A stretch of DNA of 64,000 nucleotides from Macrostomum lignano. Taxonomy: Eukaryota. Below the pieces are notes generated by a model, which saw only the letters and a program-made list of their open reading frames with translations, was not told the DNA's origin and did no database searches. The position numbers and the translations under genes are program-made. Of the stretch, positions 59,036-64,000 are shown piece after piece. How positions within the stretch are numbered: the stretch's first letter is position 1; every line of letters starts with the position of its first letter. Location of the stretch: contig NIVC01000027.1 of the NCBI GenBank assembly GCA_002269645.1, positions 124,001-188,000 of the forward strand, read 5' to 3'.

Positions 59036-59439
59036 ATTTTTTTTGTCTTGGCGTTAAAAGGCTTTAATTAAAAAAACTCTACTCTCTAAAAATTCGAACC
59101 ATCGTCCCTGCATTTAGCAGTTTAGTCTGTTTACCTCTAGGCTAGCTCTCATGAATTTTAGTCATTACCCCTAAATAGAAAATATTCCCAAGACAGCAAG
59201 CATCCCCCCAGTAGCAAGCATCCCCTAATACTCCTAGCAAGCATCCACCCAGATAGCAAGCATCTGCAGATAGCAAGCATCTTGCAGATAGCAAGCATCT
59301 TGCAGATAGCAAGCATACCCCAAATAATGTAGAAGCATCCTTCCAGATAGCAAGCATCCTGCACATAGCAAGAATCCCTAAATAGCAAGCATCCCTGGAT
59401 AGAAATAATCCTATACATGTAGCCAAGCTTATCAAGCGC

Positions 59440-61410
59440 AGTAATCCTTGGCTATCGAGTGCAGTAATCCTTGGTTTATTAATAGCAATAATCCATGGCT
59501 TATCGAGTGCAGTAATCCTTGGTTTATTAATAGCAATAATCCTTGGCTTATCGAGTGCAGTAATTCATGGTTTATTAATAGCAATAATCCTTGGCTTATC
59601 GAGTGCAGTAATCCTTGGTTTATTAATAGCAATAATCCATGCCTTATCGAGTGCAGTAATCCTTGGTTTATTAATAGCAATAATCCTTGGCTTATCGAGT
59701 GCAGTAATCCTTGGTTTATTAATAGCAATAATCCTTGGCTTATCGAGTGCAGTAATCCTTGGTTTATTAATAGCAATAATCCATGGCTTATCGAGTGCAG
59801 TAATCCTTGGTTTGCCAAGAGCAATAGTCCTTGGCTTATCGAGTGCAGTAATCCTTGGTTTGCCAAGAGCAATAGTCCTTGGTTTATTGAGTGCAGTAAT
59901 CCTTGGTTTATTATTAGCAATAGTCCTTGGTTTATTGAGTGCAGTAATCCTTGGTTTATTAATAGCAATAATCCTTGGCTTATCGAGTGCAGTAATCCTT
60001 GGTTTGCCAAGTGCATAATCCTTGGTTTATCGAGTGCAGTAATCCTTGGTTTATTAATAGCAATAATCCTTGGCTTATCGAGTGCAGTAATCCTTGGTTT
60101 ATTAATAGCAATAATCCATGGCTTATCGAGTGCAGTAATCCTTGGTTTGCCAAGAGCAATAGTCCTTGGCTTATCGAGTGCAGTAATCCTTGGTTTGCCA
60201 AGAGCAATAGTCCTTGGTTTATTGAGTGCAGTAATCCTTGGTTTATTAATAGCAATAGTCCTTGGTTTATTGAGTGCAGTAATCCTTGGTTTATTAATAG
60301 CAATAATCCTTGGCTTATCGAGTGCAGTAATCCTTGGTTTGCCAAGTGCATAATCCTTGGTTTATTAATAGCAATAATCCTTGGCTTATCGAGTGCAGTA
60401 ATCCTTGGTTTATTAATAGCAATAATCCTTGGTTTATCGAGTGCATTAATCCTTGGTTTATTAATAGCAATAATCCTTGGCTTATCGAGTGCAGTAATCC
60501 TTGGTTTATTAATAGCAATAATCCTTGGTTTATCGAGTGCATTAATCCTTGGTTTATTAATAGCAATAATCCTTGGCTTATCGAGTGCAGTAATCCTTGG
60601 TTTATTAATAGCAATAATCCTTGGCTTATCGAGTGCAGTAATCCTTGGTTTGCCAAGAGCAATAGTCCTTGGTTTTTTGAGTGCAGTAATCCTTGGTTTA
60701 TTAATAGCAATAGTCCTTGGTTTATTGAGTGCAGTAATGCTTGGTTTATTAATAGCAATAATCCTTGGCTTATCGATTGCAGTAATCCTTGGTTTATTAA
60801 TAGCAATAATCCTTGGCTTATCGAGTGCAGTAATCCTTGGTTTATTAATAGCAATAATCCTTGGCTTATCGAGTGCAGTAATCCTTGGTTTGCCAAGAGC
60901 AATAGTCCTTGGTTTTTTGAGTGCAGTAATCCTTGGTTTATTAATAGCAATAGTCCTTGGTTTATTGAGTGCAGTAATGCTTGGTTTATTAATAGCAATA
61001 ATCCTTGGCTTATCGAGTGCAGTAATCCTTGGTTTATTAATAGCAATAATCCTTGGTTTATCGAGTGCAGTAATCCTTGGTTTATTAATAGCAATAATCC
61101 TTGGCTTATCGAGTGCAGTAATCCTTGGTTTATTAATAGCAATAATCCATGGCTTATGAGTGCAGTAATCCTTGGTTTATTAATAGCAATAATCCTTGGC
61201 TTATCGAGTGCAGTAATTCATGGTTTATTAATAGCAATAATCCTTGGCTTATCGAGTGCAGTAATCCTTGGTTTATTAATAGCAATAATCCATGGCTTAT
61301 CGAGTGCAGTAATCCTTGGTTTGCCAAGAGCAATAATCCTTGGCTTATCGAGTGCAGTATTCCTTGGTTTGCCAAGAGCAATAATCCTTAGCTTATCGAG
61401 TGCAGTAATC
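59440..61410. repeat. 48-bp array in E4 (~41 units)
   Basis: Direct reading. Confidence 0.96.
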
Positions 61411-62586
61411 TAAGTGTTTTTATTTAGTCCTTTAATAAAAGCTTTTAATAAAAAATTTTACACTACTACTTTTAAACTACTTAGATTCGAACCCAGGTCG
61501 CTGCATTAGCAGTCTGGTCTGCTCAGCTCTAGGCTAGCTCTCATCGAAGTTATCAGTGAATTTGTACCACTTATATAATTAATTCAACACTCACACCAAG
61601 TCAGGTAGAGTAAAAAGTCACGCGAAGCAGTTATGACATAATCAATTTCTTAGGCAAGTCAGTACCAGTGTCTATGAAAGTTAACAATATGGTTACGTAA
61701 TATAAATTCAGTACTGCACTATACTTTCACCCTCAAAGCTGTGACGCAATTCAATTGAGTGTCAAATTCAGCCAGTACACAGACGATAAATAAAGTGTAT
61801 TGTGATGCAATCTATTTCAGAATCAGAATTCAACCAGTCAGATTTTTCTCTAGCATTCTTACAATGCATTTCAGGTCGAAAGAGCTGCTTGACCTTTGCA
61901 AAAAATCATGTTTTTCGAATATTTAATCCCTTTAACATTGAGCAATTTCTTAGCCAATATGCATGTACCGTCCCGGGAAAATTTCTGATCGAATGGTGCA
62001 AGTTTGAAGAAAATCGGTTGAGCCGTTCGGGAGAAAATCAATTACAAGCAAGCAACCAAGCATTTCATTTTTAGTATATTAGAAAATTAAGTTAGACCAC
62101 GCCCGGCCCGCCGTCCGTAACGTGTATAACATTTACCGACCGATATTCCGATCGATATTCCTGTCGATAACGTGTATAACATTTACCGACCGATATTCCG
62201 ATCGATATTCCTATCGATATTCCGACCGATATTTTAGTGTACTAAAACAAAGTTTACAGCAACTAGATTTTCCATTTTTTTGCTAAAAATTACTATTACA
62301 AACAAATTAGTTTTGTTTTTTATTATTTCGTAATCATAAAAAACAATTATTTCAGAACACATTTACGTATCATAAAATGCAGCTTATCGTTGATGAGGAC
62401 TTTAATTTCAACACTAAAATACCATAAAAAAACATTTTTCAATGACTCCACCTTCAAATTAACTGCTGAAGTCTAGAAGAGTGCATGAAAAATATAAAGC
62501 TTTAACAGTTCTTGTTAAACATAAAACGCAACATAATAAAATGTTTTAACAGTACGAGATATTAGCTGCAAGAAGGCCGAATTCAA

Positions 62587-64000
62587 CTACTGTCGGGACG
62601 AAGCATTAACTGTCGGGACAAAGCATAAACTGTCGGGATATGGCCGAATTTAACTGTCGGGACGAAGCATTAACTGTCGGGATATGGCCGAATTTAACTG
62701 TCGGGATCAAGCATTAACTGTCGGGACAAAGCATTAACTGTCGGGACGAAGCATTAACTGTCGGGACAAAGCATTAACTGTCGGGACGAAGCATTAACTG
62801 TAGGGATATGGCCGAATTTAACTGTCGGGACGAAGCATTAACTGTCGGGACGAAGCATTAACTGTCGGGATATGGCCGAATTTAACTGTCAGGACGAAGC
62901 ATAAACTGTCGGGACGAAACATTAACTGTCGGGATATGGCCGAATATAACTGTCGGGACAAAGCATTAACTGTCGGGATATGGCCGAATATAACTGTCGG
63001 GACGAAGCATTAACTGTCGGGATATGGCCGAATATAACTGTCGGGACGAAGCATTAACTGTCGGGACAAAGCATAAACTGTCGGGACGAAGCATTAACTG
63101 TCGGGATATGGCCGAATTTAACTGCCGGGATGAAGCATTAACTGTCGGGACAAAGCATTAACTGTCGGGACGAAGCATTAACTGTCGGGATATGGCCGAA
63201 TTTAACTGTCGGGATGAAGCATTAACTGTCGGGACAAAGCATTAACTGTCGGGACGAAGCATTAACTGTCGGGATATGGCCGAATTTAACTGTCGGGACG
63301 AAGCATTAACTGTCGGGATATGGCCGAATTTAACTGTCGGGACGAAGCATTAACTGTCGGGACAAAGCATTAACTGTCGGGACGAAGCATTAACTGTCGG
63401 GACAAAGCATTAACTGTCGGGACGAAGCATTAACTGTCGGGACGAAGCATTAACTGTCGGGACAAAGCATTAACTGTCGGGACGAAGCATTAACTGTCGG
63501 GATATGGCCGAATATAACTGTCGGGACAAAGCATTAACTGTCGGGATATGGCCGAATTTTACTGTCGGGACGAAGCATTAACTGTCGGGACGAAGCATTA
63601 ACTGTCGGGATATGGCCGAATTTAACTGTCAGGACGAAGCATTAACTGTCGGGACGAAGCAATGACTGTCGGGATATGGCCGAATATAACTGTCGGGACG
63701 AAGCATTAACTGTCGGGATATGGCCGAATTTTACTGTCGGGACGAAGCATTAACTGTCGGGATATGGCCGAATTTAACTGTCGGGATCAAGCATTAACTG
63801 TCGGGACAAAGCATTAACTGTCGGGACGAAGCATTAACTGTCGGGACAAAGCATTAACTGTCGGGACGAAGCATTAACTGTAGGGATATGGCCGAATTTA
63901 ACTGTCGGGACGAAGCATTAACTGTCGGGGCGAAGCATTAACTGTCGGGATATGGCCGAATTTAACTGTCAGGACGAAGCATTAACTGTCGGGATATGGC
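62587..64000. repeat. Satellite of interspersed 20-bp (AACTGTCGGGACGAAGCATT) and 24-bp (AACTGTCGGGATATGGCCGAATTT) units, running off the window
   Basis: Direct reading. Confidence 0.96.

Larger units (their letters stand above)
56875..62083 (+). mobile_element. Helentron/DINE-1-like element E4, sister of E1 without the P insertion
   Basis: Colinear with E1 from CCTTCGGGGTGGCCAATAAGC (45782 vs 56875) to the 3' TTTAGTATAT. Arrays are expanded. Confidence 0.7.

Overview
Eukaryotic, intron-rich animal genomic DNA. The minisatellite-stuffed introns, splice acceptors just upstream of start codons and DINE-like repeats suggest a flatworm such as Macrostomum (inference only). Positions 1-37 kb are gene-dense. 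On the + strand: the last exon of glutamate-cysteine ligase (GCLC) and a complete PRPF31. On the - strand, four genes in tandem: a B3GAT-family glucuronosyltransferase, a four-finger matrin/JAZ-type zinc-finger gene, RCBTB1/2, and an ankyrin-repeat gene with a 1-nt frameshift. Nearly every intron carries its own tandem repeat. The main find is a cluster of six paralogous ~150-nt box H/ACA snoRNA-like genes in one intron of the zinc-finger gene (24.7-27.8 kb, - strand). Their two guide pockets match conserved LSU rRNA motifs as I recall them. Positions 38-64 kb are repeat territory: two hAT MITEs with 8-bp TSDs, a TA-flanked MITE, and a head-to-tail run of Helentron/DINE-1-like elements with tRNA-like heads and internal satellites. 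One of those elements carries an intact 5,016-bp P-superfamily (THAP) transposon, and the empty insertion site is visible in a sister copy. A two-unit satellite runs to the window edge. All calls were made by eye, with no database searches or folding programs.
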